Assembly: GCF_006345805.1 (NCBI RefSeq)
Contig: NC_043015.1
Span: 49,662,001 to 49,726,000 of the forward strand
From: Octopus sinensis
Taxonomy: Eukaryota
Direction of reading: 5' to 3'
Length of the DNA stretch: 64,000 bases
Below the pieces are notes generated by a model. That model searched no databases and was not told the origin of the DNA. It was given only the letters and a program-made list of their open reading frames with translations. How positions within the stretch are numbered: position 1 is the stretch's first letter; every line of letters begins with the position of its first letter. This document shows, one piece after another, positions 36,248-48,803 of this stretch. The translations under genes and the position numbers were made by a program.

Positions 36248-36824
36248 CTGATGCCCCAGCATGGCTGCAAATCAATGACTGAAACAAGTGAAAGGTAAAA
36301 GATGTATGTATGTGTGTGTGTGTGTGTGAATACATGTAAACCAGTTTCGGCTTTCTGTCTGCTGCCGTTTCACTCCGGGAACCTAAGATGAATTTAGTGC
36401 TGTTACTGTAATCTAACCGACGTCTAAATCGAGTACAGTTGTTACTATGGTTACATATAAAGTACATTACTCTGCTCTGATGATACAGGGCCAGGAAATG
36501 TAATCCGTCGAATGCCGAAACTTGGATGAGATGTAATATAGTCCATCTCTCTCTCTCTTCATTATATATATGGTGTATACTTGTTTTGCTATATATATAT
36601 GTACGAGGTGTAATGTAGTCTATGTGCAGCGTACATTGCTAATTTGTTTATGGCGTATAGCGTTACGGTTATCTCGATGTGTCTCGTAAAGCCGAGAATG
36701 TTTGCGAATCCCTCAGAAGACCTCGCCTTAAGATTAAGTTACTTCGGAGAGGATAAGCTTTGTCGAAACCGTCTCCATCAAAGCTTTTTTGGCGACGGCC
36801 GTATTTTCATTTGCTGTTTGGTAC

Positions 36825-37175
36825 GATAGGCTCCTTCCTTCCTTCCTTTCTTTCTTCCTTTCTTTCTTTCTTTATCTCGATTTTCCCCTTTCTTCCCTTA
36901 TCTCTCCCCCTCTCTTTGTTTCTTTCTTTCTCTTTATCTCTTTTCCTTTATTTCTTTCTTTCTCTCTCTCCCCCTTTCTCTCCCCTCTCTTTCTTTATAT
37001 ATCTCTCCCCCCTTTCTTTCTTCCTTCCTTTCATTCTTTCTTTATCTCGGTCTCTCCTTTCTTCCCTTATCTCTCCCACTCTCTTTCTTTCTCCTTTTCT
37101 TTATCTCTTTTCCTTTATTTCTTTCTTTATTTACCCCCCCTTTCTTTCTTTCTTTCGTTCCTTCATTCCTTCCTT
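36825..37175. repeat. Polypyrimidine (CT/CTTT/CTTCC) low-complexity tract
   Basis: Almost purine-free on the + strand. Confidence 0.9.
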
Positions 37176-37359
37176 CGAGGGCAAAACAAGAAGCAGTTTT
37201 CTTTCAATTCCTTTCGCAAGAACATTAGCTGTGCGGGAAGAGAATGGGTGATTGCTCTGTCTGGAAAGCGAAACTAGTTCACAATTTCTAATGGTGCTTA
37301 AGTAAGGCAAAAAAGACATTTGTTTGCAAAACAAATATTGGAAACAAAGACAGGCATAT

Positions 37360-37402
<43 letters not shown>

Positions 37403-37759
37403 GTTCCTGCCAGCGGCTGGGGCCATGTTGGGGCTACTGGCATTGATAAGAAGTTTGTGTTGTGTTTGTTTCCACCTCGCACAGCTTCACAACCGGTCTT
37501 GGTTTGTTTACGTTTCCGTAAATTAGCAGTTGTCCCAAAAGAGAACTGATAGCACGAGTACCAAACTTTTAAAAAGAGCTTAAGTACTGGTGACGATTTG
37601 TTCGACTAAACCCTTCAAGGCGGAGCCCCAGCATGGCCGCAGTCCAATGACCGAAACAAATCAAATGGCAAAAAAAAACAGTATAAATATATCCAAAATT
37701 ATGTTATCCAATGGCGGTTTGCTTTTTTTATAGACAGTAGTGTGCAGTTTGAAGGGCAT

Positions 37760-38340
37760 CAAGCTGCGAACTGGCAGAAACGTTAGCACGCCGGACGAAA
37801 TGCTTAGCTGTATTTCGTCCGTCTTTAAGTTCTGAGTTCAAATTCCACCGAGCTCAACTTTGCCTTTCATCCTTTCGGGGGGTCGATATAATCGACTGCC
37901 CCCCTCTACCCCAATATTTCGGGCTTTGTGCATAGAGTAGAAAATAATATTTAAAGGCGGAGAGCTGGCAGAATCGTTAGCACGCCGGGTGGAATGCTGA
38001 GTTCAAATTCCGCCGAGGTCGACTTTGCCTTTTATCCTTTCGGGGGTCGATAAATTAAGTACCAGTTGCGTACTGGGGTCGATATAATCGACTGCCCCCC
38101 ACCCCTACCCCAAAATTTCGGGCTTTGTGCCGAGAGTAAAGAATATTTAAAGGCGGCGAGCTGGTAGAATCGTTAGCACGCCGGGTGGAATGCTGAGTTC
38201 AAATTCCGCCGAGGTCGACTTTGACTTTTATCCTTTCGGGGGTCGATAAATTAAGTACCAGTTGCGTACTGGGGTCAATGTGATTGACTAGTCCCCTTCC
38301 CACAAATTTCAGGCTTTGTGTCTTTAGTAGAAAGGATTAT
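37760..38340 (+). mobile_element. Three family A SINE copies; the last two share one deletion (local duplication)
   Basis: GGGTGGAATGC|TGAGTTC deletion junction is present in both about 37955-38145 and 38146-38340. Confidence 0.8.
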
Positions 38341-38842
38341 TTATGATGAATGAATGAATGAATGAATAGCCGTAATGTAATTTTCAAATGTTAATTAGTT
38401 CGTCTTAATATGAAGCCCGATTCGCAAAGGATCATCCTTGACTTCGTTAATCAGCTCTGTTTTTGGTTAATCCTTTAGCATTCCGGTTACTCATTTTGAA
38501 TTAACCATACATAATCTCATAGCTTCGAAATTCGACGGTGCGTTCATTTATTTATTTGAATTGCATTGTTAGGTAGGTGTGAAAGGCTGGATCTGGCCGT
38601 TTTCAACATAAAGCAAGATTAGAATGTTTTGACCGGATATGGCCGGTTTAAATGCTGACGCATTCTTGCCGGTGTCCGGACTACGTCACGCCCTTCTCAC
38701 AACGTATCGTTCTCTTTATTGGAAGTCACTTAACCCTGTTATCTCCCCTACTGTCCTTCTCATGTCTGACCACTGTCCGAAGTCAGGACGCCATGATAGA
38801 TCGTTGGCTCCTACACGCATTTTTTTCTCTCCTTGTTTTTTT

Positions 38843-38979
38843 CTGTGTACTTAAGTCGAAGAGCGTAGGCTCGAAACGTAAAAGACTTTCTATTTCTATT
38901 CCTGAGCGCTATACTAATACATTTGTTTGTTTGTACTGCACCTGCCTTCGTCTTTTGTTTATTTTCGTAAACCTTCCCG

Positions 38980-38985
<6 letters not shown>
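38843..38985 (+). mobile_element. Probable Penelope-like element terminal fragment with a disrupted minimal hammerhead motif
   Basis: GAGC-GTAG-GCTC stem, GAAACGTA, then a tail ending in (TA)n; the CUGANGA box is not intact. Confidence 0.5.
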
Positions 38986-39044
<59 letters not shown>

Positions 39045-39683
39045 TATATATATATATATATATACTGCATGATAACAAATCGAAGATATTTAGGTCGCCA
39101 CATTTTCATTTTATTTGTGCCGTCTACCAACGCTCCACGCCTATTACTCTCTACCTCCTACCTTACGTACACCCACCCACACACACCGCACCGTCCGATT
39201 TCCTTTTAATACAAGAACAAGGGCACTAGCTTTAGTCACGAGGTTGTACGTAATACGAAATATTCCGTTGGGTGAAGCGAAAGTTTAAAATATAAAATTT
39301 GAAAGAAGAAGAAAAAAAAGTAATTTAAGCGATAAATAAAAGTCAAATTTTATTCATTTATTTGTTATTCTTGCTGTTCCTCCTGTTGTTGTTGCTGCTG
39401 CTATTCAATGCTCGTATAATTTTCCCTCTTGTACATCTCTCGGGACATGGCGAATGAATTATTTCTGTCGTGAGGCGCCGTTCGTTGGTCGTTCTACTTC
39501 TGCAGATAACGATTATAGCAATCCTGCAGCTTATCGTGGTGAAACAAGTACAGTCAGTCTCCGATAGTGTGTATGTGTGTATATATAGATATAGATATGT
39601 GTGTGTAATATATATATATATATCCTACTTCGAATGTGTTAGTGTGTGCGAGGCCGTTTCCCCCTGCCTGAGTGCTGATAAAT

Positions 39684-39745
<62 letters not shown>

Positions 39746-41263
39746 CGTTATTTGTTGTAAGCTTCTCTACAGAACTAGTGCACTGTTTTCATATCGTATA
39801 GAGATCGTTAAATTTCCTTTCACCAAGCATTTTTTTAATGTCTTCTGCACCCTCAGAAACCTTTGCTGCTTTCACTGATATTTATTGCCTGTTCAAGCAA
39901 CTCTGGTGGGCAATTCTGCCCATTAACTTCAACACAAATCTGATAGTTTACTCTTTAACGAGTGCAAATTCACCCTGTCAGCTAATTTTAAATTCGCCAT
40001 TACTTGAAATGCTAAGAGAAACTTTCTGATAACTTTTATCGCTTTCTCTTTGTCCTCACTTCATGTCGTGTATGGTATACGAAGATAGAAATGCCGATAT
40101 CATAGTGTGGTGTACCAAAAATGTTAGAAGGGCGGGGTGTGTTCGAATGGTGCACCTCGGTTATCAACAACGAAAAGTAAAGATCTGATTTACCCCTTGA
40201 GGTTTCCAATTATCTAATAGTAATAATAATAATAATAATGATAATTAATTCGCTTATTGGTCACAAGGGCTGACAAAAATCAATTTAAACACTTAGGGAC
40301 AAAACACAGAACGAAAGTTACAAAGGGTTTTGTCCGTTTCAAAAAAGTCCGTGTACAAAAGCAGGATAACAACGAAAATATAACAAGTAAAAACTCCCAA
40401 TAGGGGGAGGCGCTTCGAAAGGTTACTCGTGGAAAAACCCATAAAAGCCACGGGATCCTGGTCAAAATGCCGCTAAGCATTTTGCTCGGCGTGCTGACGA
40501 TTCTGCCAGCTCACCGCCTTAATCAGTAACTTAGAAAAAAGCCAGAAATGTGGCGTTGAAGAAGGATACAATTGATTAAATCAACTTCAGGGCTTGGCTG
40601 CTACTTAACTGACCCTGGAAGGATCAAAGGCAAAGATGACCGTGGCATGATCTGAACCTGGAACACAAAAGACGATCTGCAAGAAATTTCTTCGAATGCA
40701 AGTTCCACAGGCAAGCTTGTGGAACTTGCTTTCGAATACCAAACATCATAACAAAACTCCATCTTGTTCTATTCTTCCCTGGAACTTTCTGACTTAGTGC
40801 CAAGCAGAGAATTCATTATCGAGTTTGGTAAATTGCTAAATCGGACTCGATCAGTTTCTACCTTTGACAGAACGATTATTGATTAAACGTCCATAAACAC
40901 TTTTCTTCTTCTTTTTCGCCTCCACCTCTCTCCTTTCTCTCTCTCCGTTTGTATATCGTTATGTTATTTCAAACATGTCTGCTCATCGTATATTTACAAA
41001 ATTTGCCGAACAGCTGTCAGTATTTTGACTCAGTCTTTCTTTCACTGCCCAAGAAATGGAGTTTGTTCGCGTTAAAGTCAAGAAAAATATATCAATTAAG
41101 AAAACAGGCGCTGGCATAGCTATGTGGTTAGAGATTTGCATCTCAAAAACATAGCTCATGGTTCGGTTCCCCTGCGTTGCACCGTGGGTAAGTGTCTTCT
41201 ATATTCCCGAGCCAACCAAAGCCTTGTGAGTGAATTTGTTAAACAAAAACTCAAGGAAGCCCG

Positions 41264-41344
<81 letters not shown>

Positions 41345-41345
<1 letters not shown>

Positions 41346-41625
41346 GGAGGCACATGGCCTATTGGTTAGAGCAGTGGACTCGCGGGTTCGAATCTCAGAC
41401 CGGGCGATGGGTGTGCTTATGAGCGAAACACCTAAGCTCCACGCAGCTCCGGCGGAAGGTAATGGCGAACTTCTGCTGACTTTTTCGCCACAACTTTCTC
41501 TCACTCTTTCCTCCTGCATCATGCAGCTCACCTGCGACGGACCCACGTCCCGTCCAGGTGGGGAACCTATACGCCAAGGAAACCGGGAAACCGGCCCTTA
41601 TGAGACAAGCCTGGCTCGAGAAGGA
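41345..41625 (+). mobile_element. SINE family C variant
   Basis: GGAGGCACATGGCCTATTGGTTAGAG...GGGTTCGAATCTC head. Confidence 0.75.
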
Positions 41626-41693
41626 ACAAAAAAAATAAATAAATAAAAAGAAACAATAATAAATCTCAGAGCGAGTTATAAACAGTAGCTGCA

Positions 41694-41927
41694 ACACATC
41701 GTGACGTATATTTGCCATTTAAATATGGCTAACCCCTAAGGGTGGATGCTATTGTAGTTTGTAGCCCCAGGAGGAGACCTCCTCCAGCTGGCTTTAGACG
41801 CACAGACAGGGCACAGAAAGTGTCTAAAGCCAGCTGGAGTAGGTGTCCTCCTGGGGCTACAAACTACAGTAGCATCCACCCTTAAGGGTTAGCCATATTT
41901 AAATGGCAAATATACGTCACGATGTGT
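41694..41927. repeat. 234 bp fold-back: 106 bp arms, 22 nt spacer, 4 mismatches
   Basis: 41694-41799 is the reverse complement of 41822-41927. Confidence 0.95.
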
Positions 41928-42492
41928 AAAATGAAGCGTTTCTCTAGAAATGGTTTAAAGGACAGGCTTCGCGCTGGGAACCCATAGATAGGTCTGTATT
42001 GCAACAAAGAACACATCAGAATACGTGAAGGATTATCTGTAATTTAGTTAGCGTTTTTATGTTAAATGTTACGTTTTTGTTGCTTTTCATTTACTTAGAT
42101 GTAAATAACAAAAAACGTATCGAGTGTTAATTAATGCACAAGTGAAGGGCAGTATTGTAAATATATGCATATGCCTCTCTCTTACTATATATATATATAT
42201 ATATATATACTTATATACATGATACTCATACACAAACCTATGTAATATCAGAGCCCGCTGCATCTGTCACACTTGCGATATTTGATGCAGCAGTTTTAAT
42301 GAACCATTTATCTCGCCCTGTAATATGAAGTCTTTCACGTGTTACTTCTTATATATATACACACACACACACACATACAAAAAAAAAACTATACATTTTA
42401 TTACAATACAAAAGTATTCTTTTCCAGCGAAAACAATACTACCGTTATCGACTGCTGTTTCCAGCAAACATTGATATCTTGTGCCACTATTT

Positions 42493-42541
<49 letters not shown>

Positions 42542-42700
42542 ATACTAAGTAATTAAGGGTTTAGCAACAATTTGCCTCACCACACACCGAATTTAGAAAT
42601 AGCAGTCAAAGAGTTATGGCTATTCTTTCTACTTAAAAGGGAGATCCCAGTAAAACCACACCACTTAAAAGGCAAACAACGCATATATATATATATATAT

Positions 42701-42751
<51 letters not shown>

Positions 42752-43259
42752 GTGTGCGTGTGTATGTATGGAAAAGAAGTCAAGATAGAAAATGCTAAAA
42801 TAATTTTATAAATAAGCATTTCAGTACCGATTTCAGTCATTGAGAGTTTTTCGACTTTAAGTATGGAAAACAATTAAATTAAGAAAAATTTTTTAAGTTT
42901 TTTTTAAAAGAATATTTGCATAGCCTTCAAATACAAGTATGATTTTCCTTGTTTCTGCCTGTCTCTGTCTCTCTTGTTTACTCTTGTGAATATATGAAAC
43001 GTAGAGTAGATGAAACCATAGCGACTGAAGAAGGGTTTTTTTTCTTTGTATTAATTGTCCTGTACTCCATTTTTTGTTGTTTTTAAAAAAATGTCCAGTT
43101 CCTTTGGTTTGTGTCTATGTTTTCGTTTCTCTTTGTGTTCGACGTCCCTTTGGTGTCCTGTACTCATATATGCGTGTATATGTACATGTAGAGGTAGGTA
43201 CGTACATATATGTTTATATATATGCATATGTTTTATTTCATTTATTAATATATTATATA

Positions 43260-43313
<54 letters not shown>

Positions 43314-43884
43314 TATATATACACACACACAAACGTGTACATAGATATGTGCAGTTTTCTAATGTTGTTTTTCGCACCTATATTTGTATTGGGAATTCTG
43401 GGTAATAAGTTCTTCGCTTTGTATTATTAGAAACACATTGTACACATGTACGCATTACAATCCTCCCCTCCCTCCCTCCCCCCTCCCTCTCTCTCTGTCT
43501 CTTTCTTGTATACGATAGCTAATGCCTCTGTTCATCTGACACGGTGTTAATGGTAGCCCCTGCTGTTTTCTCACTTCCGGACACCTGACGTTTTACTTCC
43601 TCTCCAAAAGGTTCCGCCGTAATCGTTTGGCCTGGAATATTTCTACAAACTTTTCTTAACTAATTAATTCAATTAGATACATAAGATACTGCTTTCTCAC
43701 ATTTCGACTTTGCACTTGTCCGTCTGACTTTTCCTAGTGCAGAGTTATGCATATATACACTGTTAACCCCGTTCCCTCACACACATACACTGTTGGTTTA
43801 TCTCGAGCCTACAGGCCCATTGTGGTGAGGAAGGATCGCATTTCGCTTTCTGTGGCGTTTTAGCGACTGGAAGTACAGGATTAA

Positions 43885-44510
43885 CCTTCCCGCTGGACGC
43901 GACTCTAGTCCGGCGCGCGACGTTTTTCTCCCACGAGAGTTCCGGACCCCAGTTATGAACCCATTTGCATACAGCCAATCAGAGCTCAACTATCAAACTA
44001 ATTTATGGGCGCACAACAAGTGATGGGCGATAAGATAAGGTCACTTGGATAAGGAATGGCCATGCTGCTTTTCTCTTTTAATAAGGCTTGTTGTTGTTCT
44101 TGTTTCAACCATGGCTGCCTCTGCGTAGTTATTTGTGTTGTTGTTTACTTTGTAAAAACAGTAAGGGGAAAGGGTTGCTAGCACATCACCCTCTACCTAC
44201 ATTTTTCCCCATACACATCTTCACCATATGGGGCCCTAACAAAATCCGATAATAGGTACAGATGAAAATCTATGTAATTACTTGTCTCCTTCTAAAATCA
44301 GGCATAACTTGGCGATCGGTCGACTTACAACACCGTTCTTAGTCTTGAGTTTACTTGGTAGAGTGTGTTTTACCAAGAGATTTTGAATGCCATCCTTTGT
44401 TAATTTGACAACAAGGTCAAGATGAGCTCTGATTAGCTGTGTGTAGAGGAGTTCATTACTGGGGTCCGGAACTCTCGTGAGAAAAAAAAAATTTCGCGTC
44501 CGGCGCGTGG
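43885..44510. mobile_element. MITE-like element with long imperfect TIRs (possibly piggyBac-like)
   Basis: CACGAGAGTTCCGGACCCCAGT(T/A)ATGAAC and ACAGC(C/T)AATCAGAGCTCA are mirrored; TTAA|CC at the left, GG|TTTT at the right. Confidence 0.6.
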
Positions 44511-44758
44511 TTTTCTGCTTACCCCATCTTTAGATGCTGTTGGTACGAATTTTCAGGTCAAGAATCTGAAATAGTTTTCTGTTTCAAGGACACAACACTT
44601 CCAAAATCAAAACTACGACCTTAACGATTCGCGAGCAACTTGTTAGGCTACGGGCTCTCACACACATAATGGTCTGGGGTTGTCAAAGGCACGTTTCGAT
44701 TTCTCTAAAATTGAATAAAATAATGATGTGTACACACGATGAATAGAATTAATACTTT

Positions 44759-45155
44759 AGGCGCAGGAGTGGCTGTGTGGTAAGTAGCTTGCTTACCAAC
44801 CACATCGTTCCGGAGTTCAGCCTCACTGCGTGGCATCTTGGGCAAGTGTCTTCTACTATAGCCTCGGGCCGACCAAAGCCGTGTGTATGGATTTGGTAGA
44901 CGGAAACTGAAAGAAGCCCGTCGTATATATGTATATATATGTGTGTGTGTGTTTGTCCGTGTTTGTCCCACCAACATCACTTGACAACCGATGCTGGTGT
45001 GTTTACGTTCCCGTAACTTTAGCGGTTCAGTAAAAGGAGACCGATAGAATAAGTACTAGGTTTACAAAGAATAAATCCTGGGGGTCGATTTGCTCGACTG
45101 AAGGCGGTGCTCCAGCATCGCCGCAGTCAAATACCTGAAAACAAATAAAAGAGTA
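44759..45155 (+). mobile_element. SINE family B, full length
   Basis: Matches 10272-10671. Confidence 0.87.
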
Positions 45156-45336
45156 ATAATTATAACGCAATACAAACAAAATCTGAAGTGTCTTGGTGCG
45201 TGACTTTTGGTCCATTCTGTCTACACAAATACATACATATAGATTGATGTGATTCTCTGTCCTTAAGCACTCTCTCTCTCTCTACTATTATAGCAGTCTC
45301 CAGTGCACGGAACACGTGAATATACACACATACTCA

Positions 45337-45514
45337 CGTGGGGGTGCTGGCTTTAAGTAAAAGAAAATACAGGCGGATCAGTTAATTATGATTTTATTCA
45401 ACATATTCCCCTCTCAGATTCACACACTTATTGCAGCGGTCCTTCAGTTTTTCTAAGCCTTGTAAAAAGAACTCGCGACACCCTTAAAGCCAGAAACTTT
45501 TCATCACCCCCGCG
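45337..45514 (-). mobile_element. Mariner deletion derivative retaining the transposase C-terminus (FFLQGLEKLKDRCNKCVNLRGEYVE*, 45394-45471)
   Basis: TIRs CG(T/C)GGGGGTG(C/A)TG...GGCTTT, TA at the right end; peptide matches the mariner C-terminal pattern GI..L..RW.KCV...G.YVE. Confidence 0.85.
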
Positions 45515-46159
45515 TAGACAGTGAGGACTGGGTCTAACGTTTGTAACAGCTGTTAACGTTACATTGAAGTCAGCGTGTGTTACACACAAGTTCTGTCACA
45601 ACTTGTGCACGAAGCATAATTACTGTAGAAATGTAATTCCTCTCTTCTCTCTCGAGTTCATAAATTACAACGCAAGGTTTTTTTGTTTCCGTTGTGAACA
45701 CCCACTGGGCATTCTTAAAGTCGAAAGTTAGCTATAGGATTTCATTTTCTTTCATTTCTCTGCATGTGGTGCACGTATATATATATATATATGTATATAT
45801 ATGCGCGCGCGCGTCGTCTGCCCTCGCAGATTATCGTCTGTAAGTCGACAATGTTATTTTCTTAAAGACACACACACACGCATAAACCATGTTTTTGTCT
45901 CTGTGTCTGTCTGATCGTTTGGTATATTCTCTCACTCAACGCTAGTCACATGGCTGTAATAAAATTTGGTTATCATAGCATCATTCATTAACGACACAAT
46001 ACACACACACCGCCACCACTATCCCGCCCACCCTACCGTCACCTGACACTGGTAGAATCTGAGCTCGGAACGTAAAGACGGATGAAATGCCGCTAAGCAT
46101 TTTGCCCGACGTGCTGAAGATACTGCTCACTGCCTTTCACCACTCTTACAATAATATGC

Positions 46160-46430
46160 GATCTATCTATCTATCTATCATACTGTCTATCTATCAATCT
46201 CCATCTGTCTGTCTGTCTGTCTATCTATCTATCCTATCTGTCTATCCTATATCTCTGTCTATCTATCTATCTATCCTATCTGTCTATCTATCCTATCTCT
46301 CTGTCTATCTATCTATCCTATCTCTCTGTCTATCTATCTATCCTATCTCTCTGTCTATCTATCCATCTCTCTGTCTATCTATATCTATTTATCTGTCCAT
46401 CTATCTGTCTATCTATCTTACTATCTGTCT
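46160..46430. repeat. (CTAT/CTGT)n microsatellite
   Basis: Tetranucleotide repeat. Confidence 0.95.
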
Positions 46431-46837
46431 GTCCAATAATGCAAGGTAGAAAGGTACTATTGTCATTAATGCATTGTTTCGTACAAGCTGCAACTCGTTT
46501 CAACTTTACTATTTATTTTAAATGGGCCTGATTCTCGTTTATCTAATAAATATATTATTATTACTTGTTTGTATTTGGATATTAAACATAAGCTCGAACC
46601 TCACTTTACTTATCATTTTAATGTTTGTACACTGTATCCTTTACTTACGCTGACATTTCCATCGATCTTCAATGGCGTCTTAAGAACCATCCTATTTGTA
46701 GCTATATATATATGTTGTTCGTCTGGCGGATAAATCCGATATTTCGCAATTAGGGGAATTAAGTTTGTAATAATAAAATGCCACGAGTGTCTTTATTAAT
46801 GTCCGTTTTCTCTATTTGCTTCTTGTTTTTCTTACAG

Positions 46838-46939
46838 ACGAGTAACAGTATTCCGATGCCACCAGAAATACGCAGATTAGCAATAAACAAGAACTCGGGA
46901 GAAACTCTCTTACACCGATCTGCTCGATGTGGTTATCAG
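46838..46939 (+). CDS. BCOR: BCOR ankyrin exon 1 ([34 protein letters not shown])
   Basis: Acceptor TTTTTCTTACAG, 102 nt, phase 0-0. Closely resembles the BCOR segment [23 protein letters not shown] (recalled from memory). Confidence 0.92.
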
Positions 46940-47060
46940 GTGGTTATCATTTGCATAACGTTGCAATTTTTCGCATTCATTTCTTTGGTTTTTGTATCAT
47001 TATCATTTATGTAGTATTTTTTTAATATATATTTATATATATTTTTATATATATATTATA

Positions 47061-47210
47061 TGGGTTGGCGTTAGGAAGGGCATCCAGCTGTAGAAACACT
47101 GCCAGATCGGACTGGGCCTGGTGCAGCCTTCTGGCTTCCCAGACCTCAGTTGAACCGGCCAACCCATGCTAGCATGGAAAGCGGACGTTAAACTACGATG
47201 ATGATAATGA
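47061..47210 (+). mobile_element. RTE-type 3' tail (further copies about 29255-29343, 51150-51220, 52410-52555)
   Basis: GGGTTGGCGTTAGGAAGGGCATCC...CATGCTAGCATGGAAAGCGGACGTTAAA(GAT)n. Confidence 0.72.
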
Positions 47211-47214
47211 TTTA

Positions 47215-47700
47215 CTTGTTTTGGTCATTAGACTACGGCCATGCTGGAACATCGCCTTGAATTTTTAGTCGAATGAATCGATCCCTAGTACTTTTTTTGG
47301 CTGTCGCTGAGAGGACCGCGTGATCCACGTGGTCGATACCGTGACGTGGTCCGTCCCGTAAATTTACGGGTCGGGCTACGCGGAACAGCCACGCTGTAGG
47401 TAACCGTCGCACCCCGAGGGGGTCCCGACAACATTAAAGCATGGTACCTATTCTACCGACCTGCTTTGGCGAACCACTAAGTTACGCGGACATGAACACA
47501 CAAACTCCGGTTGTCAAGCAGTGATGGGTGACACACTGACACACAAACACATAACAGACTTCTTTCAGTTTCCGGCTACCAGATCCACTCACAAGGTTTT
47601 GGTCGGCCTGAAGCTATAGTAGAAGACATTTGCTCAAGGTACCACGCAGTGGGACTGAACCCGGAACCATGTGGTTGGGAAGCAAGATTCTTACTGCGCT
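47215..47700 (-). mobile_element. Family B SINE interrupted by a 135 bp foreign insert (47299-47433)
   Basis: Family B sequence resumes on both sides of a GC-rich block inserted in the T-run. Confidence 0.8.
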
Positions 47701-48189
47701 GCCTATCTTCGAGAATCTGAAAACTCAGGAGTAGCAGCCACACACAGAAGCAGACGTGGTTTGTGGTAAGCAGTTTGTTTCCCAACCACTTGATGCCAGG
47801 TTCAGTTCCAATGCGAGGTAGTTTGGGGAGGTGTTTTTTGCTATAATCGACCAATACCTTGTGAGTAAATTTGGTAGACGGAAACTGAAGGAAGCCTGTC
47901 GTACATTGTGTGTGTATCTGTGTACGAGATGTGATTAATGAGTATCCGGACTGTTGCTATAGTAACGAAGCTAAAGCACGCAAAGTGAAGCCGTTCGGCA
48001 CAGATTGATCTTGAACTCTGCTGTACATGCGCACTAAGTTTAAACATTCTAGCTCACTTCCACTGTTTACAGCAGTGCTTGTATGTTTTTTCTTGTTTTC
48101 ACATTACGTGGTAGTTGTTAACAAGAGTAACCGTTTCCATTCCTCCGCGAAAACATGTCCAGCCGCACTAAAGAGCCATAACAATATTG

Positions 48190-48760
48190 GTTTCAAACTT
48201 CGGCACAAGGTTAGCAATTTCGACGAAGGGGGCAAGTCAATTACATCAACTCCAGTACATAACTGGTACTTATTTTATCGATCTCGACAGGATGGAAGGC
48301 GAAATCGACCTAGGCCGAATTTGAACTCAGAACGTAAAGACGGACGAAATACTTCTAAGCATTTTGCCCGGCGTGCTAACGATTCTGACAGCTCGCCGCC
48401 TTAGAACCAGAAAAATATTGCAAGTCACTGTCTCTGACGCTTTAATTATTATTCTGCCAATTGTTGTTGTTTGTTCCTTCTCAAGCCACGACTGGCTCAA
48501 AAGGGCCGGTTTCCTTGGCGTATAGGTTCCCTGCTTGGACGGGACGCCGGTCCGTCGCAGGTGAGCTGCTAGATGCAGGAGGAAAGAGTGAGAGGAAGTT
48601 GTGGCGAAAGAGTCAGCAGAAGTTCGCCATTACCTTCTGCCGGAGCCGCGTGGAGCTTAGTTGTTTCGCTTATAAACACACACATCGCCCGGCCTGAGAT
48701 TCGAACCCGCGATCCCTCGAACGCGTGTCCGCTGCTCTAATCACCAGGCCATGTGTCTCC
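48190..48760 (-). mobile_element. Family A SINE (48190-48402) and family C variant (48480-48760)
   Basis: Reverse-complement heads with A/B-box-like motifs. Confidence 0.75.
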
Positions 48761-48803
48761 ACTATTCTGCCAATTACATAGAGCTTTATTCCGTCACTAA
48801 TAC

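Noticed and set aside
36478-36540. CTGATGA...GAAAC hammerhead-like pair
   Set aside because: Stem II does not close next to the core, and stems I and III do not form.
36760-37277. 160 aa F/L/S-rich, membrane-like ORFs
   Set aside because: Translation of a polypyrimidine tract.
39502-39543. Possible 42 nt cassette exon (ITIIAILQLIVVKQ)
   Set aside because: Weak donor (GTACAG) and an implausibly hydrophobic insert; no support.
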